DNA of 61,295 nucleotides, the filler included. It is 4 parts of 4 records of this genome, joined end to end, with 100 filler letters (N's around TTAATTAATTAA, not from the genome) between each part and the next. Parts side by side here need not be neighbours in the genome. Positions count along the whole stretch, not along the records: positions 1 to 9,793 come from DRR378314_826; positions 9,894 to 16,644 come from DRR378314_829; positions 16,745 to 48,401 come from DRR378314_830; 1 more part is not named here. The stretch is one strand, 5' to 3'. The position numbers and the translations under genes were made by a program. Positions 8,017 to 16,865 of the stretch are shown here, piece by piece (position 1 is the first letter of the stretch; every line of letters starts with the position of its first letter). The notes under the pieces were generated by a model. It did no database searches, had not been told where the DNA came from, and saw only the letters and a list, made by a program, of their open reading frames with translations.

Positions 8017-8796
8017 TCACAGCATCCCCTCGAACCAGCCCAGACTCGACACCGTGTCACCGACAGGGCGATATTCCGCGCCTACCCAACCACCATAGCC
8101 CAGACGGTCAAGCGCCGCGAAAACATTCCGAAAGTTAATCTCGCCCGTACCCGGTTCATGACGGCCGGGGTTATCCGCAAACTGGACGTGACCGATCCAT
8201 GGCAAAAGGCACTCCATCGAACGGATCAGATCGCCCTCCATGATCTGCATGTGGTACAGGTCGTACTGCAATTTCACGTTGTCGGCATCAACGGCCTCAA
8301 TCAACTGCATCACCCGGGCAGACGTGTCCAGGAAAAACCCCGGAATATCCACCCGCGAATTGATCGCCTCCAGGCACAGGGTCATTCCCTCATCCTCAAA
8401 GCGAACGGCGGCATGGCTCACATTATCCACCAGAGTTTGCCAGGCCACGGATTCGTCCAGCGTGTCCGGCCGAATACCCGCCAGACAGTTAACCTGCCTG
8501 CAGCCCAGCGCCCGGGCATAGCGAATGGCATGGTCGACACCCGCCTCAAACTCCTCCACGCGGTCCGGCAGACACGCGATGCCACGCTCGCCTGCCGCCC
8601 AGTTGCCGGGCGGCAGGTTGAACAGAACCTGGGTGAGCCCGTTACTGTCCAGCTCACGCTTCAACTCTTCTTCCGGCCACTCATAGGGAAACAGATACTC
8701 AACCCCGGTGAACCCGGCCTCCCGCGCCAGCCGGAAGCGATCCATAAACTCCGCTTCGGTGAACAGCATGGAGAGATTGGCAGCGAATGCAGGCAT
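8017..8796 (-). CDS. hyi: Hydroxypyruvate isomerase family (Hyi/OtnI)
   Basis: 'FAANLSMLFTE', 'VEYLFPY', 'LQYDLYHMQIMEG', 'HVQFADNPGRHEPGTGEIN' and 'GAEYRP'. Confidence 0.85.
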   Translation of the reverse strand: MPAFAANLSMLFTEAEFMDRFRLAREAGFTGVEYLFPYEWPEEELKRELDSNGLTQVLFNLPPGNWAAGERGIACLPDRVEEFEAGVDHAIRYARALGCRQVNCLAGIRPDTLDESVAWQTLVDNVSHAAVRFEDEGMTLCLEAINSRVDIPGFFLDTSARVMQLIEAVDADNVKLQYDLYHMQIMEGDLIRSMECLLPWIGHVQFADNPGRHEPGTGEINFRNVFAALDRLGYGGWVGAEYRPVGDTVSSLGWFEGML

Positions 8797-8799
8797 GGC

Positions 8800-9714
8800 T
8801 TACCCCTTACGTTTAATGGCCGGTGAGGTGCCCAGAAGGGCCCCATTGAGATGTTCCAGCTCCAGTAACAACCCGCTGTGGTCCACATCGCTGTGCCCAT
8901 TGGCCACCAGACTCTGGTATTCATTATGCACCTGCTGCGCCAGCGGCAGGGTCAGCCCCTCGGAACGAGCCTCATCCAGAATCATCCGCAGGTCCTTCAA
9001 CTGAATCCGAGCCGGCGCACCCGGCGCAAAATCCCGATCAATCATACGCTGCCCATGTAACTCCAGAATCCGGCTCCCGGCAAAACCGCCCATCAGCGCC
9101 TCACGAACGGCGGCGGGATCAGCACCCCCCTTCGCCGCCAGCAGCAACGCCTCCGACACCGCACCAATGGTAATGCCCACAATGGCCTGGTTCGCCAGCT
9201 TCGCCAGTTGGCCGGCGCCTACCGGCCCGATAGGCGTGCACTTCCCCAGCGCCTCGAAAACTGGCCGAACCCGCTCAACGTCTGCTTCAGAACCTCCGGC
9301 CATGATACTCAGAGTCGCCTGCTCCGCACCGACGGTCCCGCCGGAAACCGGCGCATCCACATATCCCGCCCCCTGCTCCCGGGCCAGCTCCGCATGACGT
9401 CGCGCCAGTGACGGCTGAACCGAACTCATATCAATATACACCGCCCCAGCCTTGAGCACCGCGATACCGCCATGCTCCACCATCACGCTCTCCACCACAT
9501 CGCCGTTCTCCAGCATGGTGAGCACCACATCGGCGTCTCGAACCGCGTCTTCCGGAGAATCCGCAATGGTGGCCTCATTGGCAAAAGGCTCGCACTTGCT
9601 CGCGGTCCGGTTCCACAACGTCATTGGATAACCCGCCGCCAACAAGTTTCGAACCATGGGCGCACCCATCAGGCCAACCCCCAAAAAGGCAATGCGGAAA
9701 CGATTTTCAGTCAT
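8800..9714 (-). CDS. beta-hydroxyacid dehydrogenase (2-hydroxy-3-oxopropionate reductase / HIBADH family)
   Basis: 'FLGVGLMGAPM', 'YVDAPVSGG' and catalytic-Lys motif 'GQLAKLANQ'. Confidence 0.88.
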   Translation of the reverse strand: MTENRFRIAFLGVGLMGAPMVRNLLAAGYPMTLWNRTASKCEPFANEATIADSPEDAVRDADVVLTMLENGDVVESVMVEHGGIAVLKAGAVYIDMSSVQPSLARRHAELAREQGAGYVDAPVSGGTVGAEQATLSIMAGGSEADVERVRPVFEALGKCTPIGPVGAGQLAKLANQAIVGITIGAVSEALLLAAKGGADPAAVREALMGGFAGSRILELHGQRMIDRDFAPGAPARIQLKDLRMILDEARSEGLTLPLAQQVHNEYQSLVANGHSDVDHSGLLLELEHLNGALLGTSPAIKRKG

Positions 9715-9751
9715 AGTTCCTGATTCCTACTCCGAAGTCTGAGAAGTGAGT

Positions 9752-9793
9752 GGATAGGCATTTCCAAAACCGTGCGTAGCCATGGATGGCGGA
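9752..9793 (+). repeat. Partial copy of the same repeat family at the contig end
   Basis: GGATAGGCATTTCCAAAACCGTGCGTAGCCATGGATGGCGGA; its core matches the reverse complement of 8-37. Confidence 0.75.
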
Positions 9794-9893
9794 NNNNNNN
9801 NNNNNNNNNNNNNNNNNNNNNNNNNNNNNNNNNNNNNTTAATTAATTAANNNNNNNNNNNNNNNNNNNNNNNNNNNNNNNNNNNNNNNNNNNN
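9794..9893. other. Artificial contig linker
   Basis: 44 N + TTAATTAATTAA (stops in all frames) + 44 N. Confidence 0.99.
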
Positions 9894-9908
9894 ACGCCTT
9901 TTATCTGC

Positions 9909-9954
9909 TTGACATTGGATTAATCGCGCCACAAACTTAGCCAAGGCTATACTT
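9909..9954 (+). promoter_or_regulatory. sigma70-like promoter overlapped by an MntR/DtxR-type operator
   Basis: TTGACA (9909-9914), 17 nt, CAAACT; AAACTTAGCCAAGGCTATACTT (9933-9954) resembles the E. coli MntR box AAACATAGC-N4-GCTATGTTT. Confidence 0.7.
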
Positions 9955-10027
9955 CTTTCCTTAAGACAATCAGTTTACACAAAGCAATTTAACCCCATCT
10001 ACCTCATGACGAGTCTGGAGCTAAATA

Positions 10028-10996
10028 ATGGCAACAAAATATGCCGTGATTCTATTGGGAGCGCTGCCTTTAAGTGCGTTGGCAACTGCCGATGAGACGC
10101 CCTTAAACGTGGTGGCAACGATTGGGATGATTGCCGATGTGGCGCAGGAAGTAGGCGGCGAATGCGTTAATGTGGAAGCCATGATGGGCCCAGGCGTAGA
10201 CCCCCATTTGTATCAGGCAAGCGCTAGCGATGTGGCAACACTGCGAAACGCAGAACAGATTTTCTACTCAGGCTATTCGCTGGAAGGTCAGCTAGGCGAC
10301 GTACTGGAAAGGTTCTCCGAGCGCACACCTACGCTTGCTGTCGCCCCTGCTTCGATTGACCCCGCGTCATTGATTACCTCACAGGATGTGTACGGCATCG
10401 ATCCTCACCTGTGGATGGACGTTTCTTTATGGGCGCAAACACTGCCCACGCTCAATGCCGCGCTGAGTGAAGCGCGCCCCGACTGCGCCGCGACGTTTGA
10501 TGCCAATACCGAGCGTTATCAGGCGCAACTGCTTGCCCTGCACGAATGGGTGGCAGACAGTATTGCCAGCATTCCCGATGAGCAACGCATTCTGGTCACC
10601 GCTCACGATGCCTTTGGTTACTTTGGCCGCGCCTACGATATCGACGTGGAAGGCATACAAGGCATTAGCACAGAAACGGAAACGGGGATTGCTGATATTC
10701 GCAACATGACAGATATTGTGGTGGATCGCGCGGTTCCGGCCCTTTTCATCGAGAGCACCATTAACCCGCGCACGGTTCAGGCAGTTATTGATGCCGCCCA
10801 ACAACGGGGCCAGGTTGTCGAAATTGGCGGTGAACTCTACTCCGATGCCATGGGTGACCCGGATACGGTCGATGGCACTTATATGGGGATGATCTACCGC
10901 AACACCCAGCATATTGTCGAAGCGCTTGGCGGTACCCTAGCACCGCTTCCCGATGAAATGAACGATTGGGCTACCGAGTGGAAGCTCGCTCACTAA
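10028..10996 (+). CDS. Mn/Zn/Fe ABC transporter substrate-binding protein (TroA/MntA-like)
   Basis: Metal-ligand motifs 'DPHLY', 'DPHLW', 'AHDAF' and 'YSDA'; Sec signal peptide. Confidence 0.92.
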   Translation: MATKYAVILLGALPLSALATADETPLNVVATIGMIADVAQEVGGECVNVEAMMGPGVDPHLYQASASDVATLRNAEQIFYSGYSLEGQLGDVLERFSERTPTLAVAPASIDPASLITSQDVYGIDPHLWMDVSLWAQTLPTLNAALSEARPDCAATFDANTERYQAQLLALHEWVADSIASIPDEQRILVTAHDAFGYFGRAYDIDVEGIQGISTETETGIADIRNMTDIVVDRAVPALFIESTINPRTVQAVIDAAQQRGQVVEIGGELYSDAMGDPDTVDGTYMGMIYRNTQHIVEALGGTLAPLPDEMNDWATEWKLAH

Positions 10997-11019
10997 TCAT
11001 TCGATAAGGCACTGCAACA

Positions 11020-11802
11020 ATGGCGACACCCGCAACGACCGACACGGCGCTCAGCATTCAGAACCTGACCGTCAGCTATCATAATCAGCCCGTTCTCTGG
11101 GATATTAACCTGGAGATTCCTACCGGCGTGATGGCAGGCATTGTCGGACCTAACGGGGCGGGTAAGAGCACGCTAATCAAGAGCCTGCTGGAGCTTGTAC
11201 CATCGCTTTCCGGCGAGGTCATGGTGCATGGTCGCCCCTACGCCTCACAGCGCAGGCGCGTTGGCTATGTGCCGCAGCGCTCCAGCGTCGACTGGGACTT
11301 CCCTACCACCGCGCTGGATGTGGTCACCATGGGTCTTTACGGTCGCCTGGGCTGGCTCCGGCGCCCAGGGCGTAAAGAGCGTAAGGAGTCACTGGAAGCC
11401 TTGGAGATGGTGGGAATGAGCGCCTATGCCGACCGCCAGATCAGTCAGCTTTCCGGCGGCCAGCAGCAGCGCGTATTTTTAGCCCGTGCGCTGGTGCAGC
11501 AAGCCGATGTGTACTTTCTCGACGAGCCCATGGCCGGGGTTGATGCCACCACCGAGCGCGCCATTATCGATATTCTGCGCCGCCTGCGCGATGCGGGTAA
11601 AACGCTGATTGTTGTCCACCATGACCTGCAAACCGTACGTAATTACTTCGACTGGCTGTTGCTACTTAACGTACGCGTGATTGCCAGCGGCAAGGCTGAA
11701 GACGTGTTTAATATTGATTATCTGCGTCAAGCGTACGGTGGCCAGATTGCCCTGCTGAACGATAGCGACGCCTTGATGTTCACTGCTTCAAAGGTGAAAT
11801 AA
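11020..11802 (+). CDS. Metal ABC transporter ATPase (TroB/MntB-like)
   Basis: Walker A GPNGAGKS, 'YVPQRSSVDWDFP', LSGGQQQR and 'VHHDL'. Confidence 0.93.
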   Translation: MATPATTDTALSIQNLTVSYHNQPVLWDINLEIPTGVMAGIVGPNGAGKSTLIKSLLELVPSLSGEVMVHGRPYASQRRRVGYVPQRSSVDWDFPTTALDVVTMGLYGRLGWLRRPGRKERKESLEALEMVGMSAYADRQISQLSGGQQQRVFLARALVQQADVYFLDEPMAGVDATTERAIIDILRRLRDAGKTLIVVHHDLQTVRNYFDWLLLLNVRVIASGKAEDVFNIDYLRQAYGGQIALLNDSDALMFTASKVK

Positions 11803-11805
11803 CCC

Positions 11806-12900
11806 ATGCAGTGGCTCGACCTTCTGTCTGACTACACCTTTCAAAACGTGGTGATTGGTGCCTCGCTACTGGGGCTGATCAGCGGCCCTCTGGGCTGTTT
11901 TGCGGTGTTACGCCGCCAGAGTCTGCTCGGTGACGCCATTTCGCATGCGGCGCTGCCCGGCGTGTGTTTAAGCTTCATCATCACCGGCAGTCGGGATATG
12001 GGCAGCGTTATCATTGGCTCACTGGCCACCGGCTCGTTAGCCGCGCTGACGATGCTGCTGCTGACCCGCAAAAGCCGCTTGAAAACCGATGCCGCTCTCG
12101 GCATTTGCCTAAGCATTTTCTTTGCTATTGGCATCGTGTTGCTGACCTATATCCAGGGTACCAATAACGCCTCCCAAGGGGGGCTAGAAGCCTTTTTGTT
12201 CGGCCAGGCCGCCGCTACGCTACGCTCGGATCTATGGGTAATGGGCAGCATCACCCTTGTCACTCTCACGCTGCTCGCCATCTTCTGGAAACAAGCCAAG
12301 CTGGTCACTTTTGATGGGCAGTACGCCCGCTCGCTCGGCATGCCCGTCAACGCCATCGAAGCCGCGCTTACCGCCATGGTGGCGCTCGCCGTGGTGGTCG
12401 GCTTGCAAATGGTTGGCGTGATATTAATGGCCGCCATGATCGTGGCGCCAGCAGCAGCGGCCCGGCAGTGGAGCCGTCATCTGGGGGGGATGCTGGTTAT
12501 TGCCGCTGGCATCGGTATCGTCAGTGGGGTCTCGGGGGCAACCATTAGTACCTTGTCCCGTGGTCTGGCGACCGGCCCGCTGGTGATTCTCACCGCAACG
12601 GCTATTGTCATCATCTCGCTGGCGCTTGCTCCCGGCCGTGGCCTGCTGTGGGGCTTCATCAAGCATTACCGCCAAAAAGAAGCGCTGCAGAAGCAGCAAT
12701 TACTCTACACGCTTTACAAGCATCCCAGCGCCTCCCGACACTACCGCGCAACATTTGGCGCGCGCATGGTACTGAGTAAGCTTAAGCGCCAAGGCTACCT
12801 TATACGCTCCTCTGACGGCGGCGCCGGATGGGCGCTAACATCGCGGGGAGAAAAGGCAGCCAAACAGGTGGTCGCCACCTTCGAAGAGGTCGTGACATGA
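11806..12900 (+). CDS. Metal ABC permease (TroC/MntC-like) with C-terminal winged-helix-like tail
   Basis: 'SLLGDAISHAALPG' ABC-3 motif; soluble tail 'LSKLKRQGYL...WALTSRGEKAA'. Confidence 0.9.
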   Translation: MQWLDLLSDYTFQNVVIGASLLGLISGPLGCFAVLRRQSLLGDAISHAALPGVCLSFIITGSRDMGSVIIGSLATGSLAALTMLLLTRKSRLKTDAALGICLSIFFAIGIVLLTYIQGTNNASQGGLEAFLFGQAAATLRSDLWVMGSITLVTLTLLAIFWKQAKLVTFDGQYARSLGMPVNAIEAALTAMVALAVVVGLQMVGVILMAAMIVAPAAAARQWSRHLGGMLVIAAGIGIVSGVSGATISTLSRGLATGPLVILTATAIVIISLALAPGRGLLWGFIKHYRQKEALQKQQLLYTLYKHPSASRHYRATFGARMVLSKLKRQGYLIRSSDGGAGWALTSRGEKAAKQVVATFEEVVT

Positions 12901-13817
12901 TTGCTGAATTACTAACCAACACGGCGCTGCCCATTATTCTGGTAGGTGCCATGGTTGGCATTGCCTCCTCGGCGGTGGGTACCTTCCTTGTGCTGCGCGG
13001 CAATAGCATGCTCACTGATGCGATTAGCCACTCAATTGTGTTTGGCATTGTGATTGTCTGGCTGCTGACCAAACAGCAGAGTGGGCCTGTGCAACTAATA
13101 GGCGCCGCATTAACCGGGCTATTAACCGTGTTACTTACCGAGGCCCTGGCCAACACCAAGCGGGTAAAGCAGGATGCCGCTATCGGTCTGGTTTTCCCCG
13201 CGCTGTTCTCCATCGGCGTGCTGTTACTCAATGTCTACGCCAACGATGTGCATATCGACACGCATACTGTGCTGCTCGGTGAAATCGGCTTTGTCTGGTT
13301 GGATACTCTCGACATCTTCGGTCTGCCCATCCCCAAGGCGCTGGTATCGATGAGCGTGATGACACTGCTCAACTACGCGTTTATCGGGCTCTTTTATAAG
13401 GAGCTGAAACTGGCCACCTTCGATCCAGCGCTGGCCAAAACGTTCGGCTTTATGCCCTCGATTCTTTTTTATGTGCTGCTAATGCTAACAAGCTCCACCG
13501 CCGTAGCGGCCTTTGATGCCGTGGGAGCAGTACTGTTTATCGCCTTTGCCATTGTGCCCGCTTCCGCCGCCTATTTGCTGACCGATCGGCTGTGGATGAT
13601 GTTTATCATCGGTGCGCTAATTTCGATCGCCTCAAGTATTTCTGGCTACTACCTCGCCGTGTATTTCAACGTTTCCATTGGCGGCATGATGGCCGTCATG
13701 ACCGGCGTTTTCCTGATACTCGCCTTTCTGTTGGGCCCGCGCTATGGCGTGATTACCCAGCACATGAAACGCCGCCGCGCCCGCGAAACACCAGAAGCGC
13801 CAAGTTCGTTGCCGTAA
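12897..13817 (+). CDS. Metal ABC permease (TroD/MntD-like)
   Basis: 'MLTDAISHSI' and 'HIDTHTVLLGE'; ATGA overlap with the previous stop fixes the start at 12897. Confidence 0.9.
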   Translation: MIAELLTNTALPIILVGAMVGIASSAVGTFLVLRGNSMLTDAISHSIVFGIVIVWLLTKQQSGPVQLIGAALTGLLTVLLTEALANTKRVKQDAAIGLVFPALFSIGVLLLNVYANDVHIDTHTVLLGEIGFVWLDTLDIFGLPIPKALVSMSVMTLLNYAFIGLFYKELKLATFDPALAKTFGFMPSILFYVLLMLTSSTAVAAFDAVGAVLFIAFAIVPASAAYLLTDRLWMMFIIGALISIASSISGYYLAVYFNVSIGGMMAVMTGVFLILAFLLGPRYGVITQHMKRRRARETPEAPSSLP

Positions 13818-13886
13818 CTGTGCGATTCAACAGAGACGTTTTATGCGATGACCACAAACGGGGATTACCAACCGGGTGTGGATAAC

Positions 13887-14594
13887 TTAAACGGTCAGGT
13901 GCTGCTTGATCAGTTCGTTAGAAAGCTCGGCGATCTCGCCTTTGGCCACCGGACGGCCACGATCCATAATCACAAAGCGGTCGGCGTATTTGCGGGCAAA
14001 GGGCAGTTTCTGCTCGACCAGTAGTACCGTTAAGCCATCCTCTTTGATCAGTTGGCGAATCACCTGGCCGATTTGCGCCACAATATTGGGCTGAATCCCC
14101 TCCCCTGGCTCATCCAAAATCAGTAGCTTGGGCTCTATCACCAGCGCGCGACCGATGGCGAGCTGCTGCTGTTGCCCACCAGATAAGTCACCGCCACGGC
14201 GATGCTTCATCTCTTTTAAAACAGGGAACAGTTCATAGATACGCTCGGGGATTTTTTTCAGCCCATCACTGCGCGCTGCCAAGCCGGTGCGTAGATTCTC
14301 TTCCACGCTGAGCAGCGGAAAAATCTGCCGTCCCTGGGGGACAAAACCAATGCCCAAGCGAGAGCGCGCTTCCACCGCTTTTTTGGTCAGCTCAATGTCG
14401 CCGCCCTCACCCTGATAGCGCAGCTGGCCGCTCTTTACGGCCACTTCGCCCATAATGGCTTTCATTAAGGTGGTTTTACCCACCCCGTTGCGGCCCATCA
14501 CGCAAGTGCACTGGCCTTCAGGCACATCAAGGTCTAAATCCCACAAGGTATGGCTTTCCCCGTAGAACTGGTTGAGTTTTTCAATCGCCAGCAT
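13887..14594 (-). CDS. urtE: Urea ABC transporter ATPase UrtE
   Basis: 'LNQFYGESHTL', GRNGVGKT, 'RRGGDLSGGQQQQLAIGRAL' and 'EGIQPNI'. Confidence 0.93.
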   Translation of the reverse strand: MLAIEKLNQFYGESHTLWDLDLDVPEGQCTCVMGRNGVGKTTLMKAIMGEVAVKSGQLRYQGEGGDIELTKKAVEARSRLGIGFVPQGRQIFPLLSVEENLRTGLAARSDGLKKIPERIYELFPVLKEMKHRRGGDLSGGQQQQLAIGRALVIEPKLLILDEPGEGIQPNIVAQIGQVIRQLIKEDGLTVLLVEQKLPFARKYADRFVIMDRGRPVAKGEIAELSNELIKQHLTV

Positions 14595-15430
14595 TAGGCA
14601 GCCTCCTCGTCGTCCGCACCCAGATACACCTCAACCACGTTGGGGTCGCTTGAAACTTGATCCATACTGCCTTCCGCCAGCACGCTGCCTTGGTGCAATA
14701 CGGTCACTTTACGGGCAATGGAGCGTACAAACCCCATGTCATGCTCTACCACAACCACCGATTGTTTACCCGCAAGCCCTGTTAGTAGCTCAGCGGTGCG
14801 CTCCATCTCTTGCTCGGTCATCCCGGCGACTGGTTCATCTACCAGTAGCAGGCGCGGGCGCTGCATTAACAGCATGCCAATTTCCAGCCACTGCTTTTGG
14901 CCGTGGGAAAGAATCCCTGCTGGCTGGTAACGCAGCTCGGTCAGGCCAATCGTTTCAAGCACCTCATTGATACGGTCTTTAATTTCACCAGTCATGCGGG
15001 CAGTCAGCGTGGGGAAAATACGCTTGTCGGCGGCCATCGCCAACTCCAGGTTTTCAAACACACTTAGCGCTTCAAATACCGTGGGCTTTTGGAACTTACG
15101 ACCAATCCCTAAGCTGGCGATATCCGGCTCATTCATTTGCAGTAGATTATGGCGGCTACCAAACCATACGCTGCCTGCGGTGGGGCGCGTTTTGCCAGTA
15201 ATGATATCCATCATGGTCGTTTTACCGGCCCCGTTAGGGCCGATAATGCAGCGCAGTTCACCGTCATCAATAGTCAGGTTTAAGTTATTGATTGCCTTGA
15301 AGCCATCGAAGCTCACCGAGACATCTTCCATATACAGAATCGGGCCATGGCGCACATCCACCGGTGATGCCTGAGGAGCCATAAAATCAAATACCCGATC
15401 CCGCGTGGTTAGCGATTGCAACAAGCTCAT
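14594..15430 (-). CDS. urtD: Urea ABC transporter ATPase UrtD
   Basis: 'VSFDGFKAINNL', 'GIGRKFQKPTVF' and 'LSHGQKQWLEIGM'; ATG at 15430 overlaps the urtC stop. Confidence 0.93.
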   Translation of the reverse strand: MSLLQSLTTRDRVFDFMAPQASPVDVRHGPILYMEDVSVSFDGFKAINNLNLTIDDGELRCIIGPNGAGKTTMMDIITGKTRPTAGSVWFGSRHNLLQMNEPDIASLGIGRKFQKPTVFEALSVFENLELAMAADKRIFPTLTARMTGEIKDRINEVLETIGLTELRYQPAGILSHGQKQWLEIGMLLMQRPRLLLVDEPVAGMTEQEMERTAELLTGLAGKQSVVVVEHDMGFVRSIARKVTVLHQGSVLAEGSMDQVSSDPNVVEVYLGADDEEAA

Positions 15431-16590
15431 GCGGTAGCCTCCTTCGGCAAGGTAGCGGATTTTTTGCGGCGTTTTAGGTGGAGCAATAACCCCGCCACGC
15501 CTTTGGGTAGCAACACGGTGACCAAGACAAACATCGCGCCCAGGGCAAACAGCCATGCATCTGGCATCACGCCGGTGAAAATTGTTTTGGCGTAGTTGAC
15601 TAAAATCGCCCCGATAACCGCTCCATAAAGCGTGGCGCGGCCACCCAGTGCCACCCACAGCACAACTTCAATCGAGAAAATTGGCGAGAACTCACTGGGG
15701 TTGATAATCCCTACCTGAGGGACATAAAGCGCGCCAGCCAAGCCTGCCAGCATGGCGGAAACCACGAATACAAATAGCTGGAAGCGCTCGACCCGGTAGC
15801 CAATAAACCGCGTGCGGGCCTCGGCATCCCGGGTTGCCACGCACACTCGGCCTAGCTTGCTGGTAACAATCGCCCGACACAGGATGTAGCCCAGCGCCAG
15901 CGCAACCCCGGTGGCAATAAACAGCCCTAAGCGAGTGTCGTTGCTGCGTAGGTTGTAGCCCAGCAGCTCGCGAAAATCGGTCAGCCCGTTGTTGCCACCA
16001 AAGCCCATCTCATTGCGGAAGAATGCCAGCATCAGGGCAAAGGTCAGTGCCTGGGTAATAATCGACAGATACACCCCAGTGACCCGCGAGCGAAACGCTA
16101 AAAAGCCGAAGACCAGTGCCAATAACCCAGGGGCTAACAGCACCATGGCAAACGCAAACCAGGCCATATCAAAACCGAGCCAGTACCAGGGCAAGCTGTC
16201 CCAGTTGAGAAACACCATAAAATCCGGCAGTACCGGGTCGCCATAAGTACCGCGATCACCGATTTGGCGCATCAGATACATGCCCATGGCGTAACCGCCA
16301 ATGGCAAAAAATGCCCCGTGGCCCAGGCTCAGAATACCCAAATAGCCCCATACCAAATCCACCGCCACTGCCAGCAGCGCGTAGCTTAAGTACTTGCCGA
16401 ACAGGTTCACGGTGTAAGCATTAACGTGCAACGGGTGGCCTTGGGGCAGCGCTAAATGCAGTACCGTAACCAACAGCAAGGCGGCAAACAGCACGCCAAG
16501 AAAAATCTGCGTGGCCCGTTCGCCAAACGGGCGGGTTAGCCAAAACTGGCGTGAAGATGATTGCGTCATTAATGAGATCGTTGATGACAT
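15427..16590 (-). CDS. urtC: Urea ABC transporter permease UrtC
   Basis: 'DLVWGYLGILSLGHG', 'LPDFMVFL', 'FRSRVTGVYLSIITQA' and 'GGNNGLTDF'. Confidence 0.93.
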   Translation of the reverse strand: MSSTISLMTQSSSRQFWLTRPFGERATQIFLGVLFAALLLVTVLHLALPQGHPLHVNAYTVNLFGKYLSYALLAVAVDLVWGYLGILSLGHGAFFAIGGYAMGMYLMRQIGDRGTYGDPVLPDFMVFLNWDSLPWYWLGFDMAWFAFAMVLLAPGLLALVFGFLAFRSRVTGVYLSIITQALTFALMLAFFRNEMGFGGNNGLTDFRELLGYNLRSNDTRLGLFIATGVALALGYILCRAIVTSKLGRVCVATRDAEARTRFIGYRVERFQLFVFVVSAMLAGLAGALYVPQVGIINPSEFSPIFSIEVVLWVALGGRATLYGAVIGAILVNYAKTIFTGVMPDAWLFALGAMFVLVTVLLPKGVAGLLLHLKRRKKSATLPKEATA

Positions 16591-16593
16591 CGC

Positions 16594-16644
16594 TTAGCCC
16601 TCCGCAGCCCGGCCCTTCTGCGGGAAGAGTCCACGCGGGCGTTT
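16594..16644 (-). CDS. urtB: Urea ABC permease UrtB, last 16 codons only (cut by linker)
   Basis: Translates KRPRGLFPQKGRAAEG*, a typical UrtB C-terminus, directly upstream of urtC. Confidence 0.8.
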   Translation of the reverse strand, partial: KRPRGLFPQKGRAAEG

Positions 16645-16744
16645 NNNNNNNNNNNNNNNNNNNNNNNNNNNNNNNNNNNNNNNNNNNNTTAATTAATTAA
16701 NNNNNNNNNNNNNNNNNNNNNNNNNNNNNNNNNNNNNNNNNNNN
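16645..16744. other. Artificial contig linker
   Basis: N44-TTAATTAATTAA-N44. Confidence 0.99.
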
Positions 16745-16772
16745 GCCTTTCGCTTGCAGGCAAGCTCCCACA
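16745..16772 (-). repeat. GTRG-family REP element at contig start
   Basis: Reverse complement TGTGGGAGCTTGCCTGCAAGCGAAAGGC = GTGG tetranucleotide + GA + GCTTGC/GCAAGC hairpin + GA. Confidence 0.8.
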
Positions 16773-16809
16773 AAACTGGCTTCGTAGAACCTTTTGTTCC
16801 GGAATCGAA

Positions 16810-16841
16810 GGAGATGAGCCGCGGTAACTGCGGCTCTCTCC
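16810..16841. terminator. GC-rich hairpin downstream of the lipoprotein gene
   Basis: GGAGA-T-GAGCCGCGG-TAA-CTGCGGCTC-TCTCC. Confidence 0.5.
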
Positions 16842-16865
16842 AGTCAGATCCGTCTCTCTTTGCGC

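Noticed and set aside
8017-9714. Strong C-over-G skew on the + strand across hyi and the dehydrogenase gene
   Set aside because: Can be explained by codon choice and replication-strand bias; not testable by eye
9838-9849. TTAATTAATTAA palindrome repeated three times in the window
   Set aside because: Always flanked by exactly 44 N on each side; a synthetic all-frame-stop spacer
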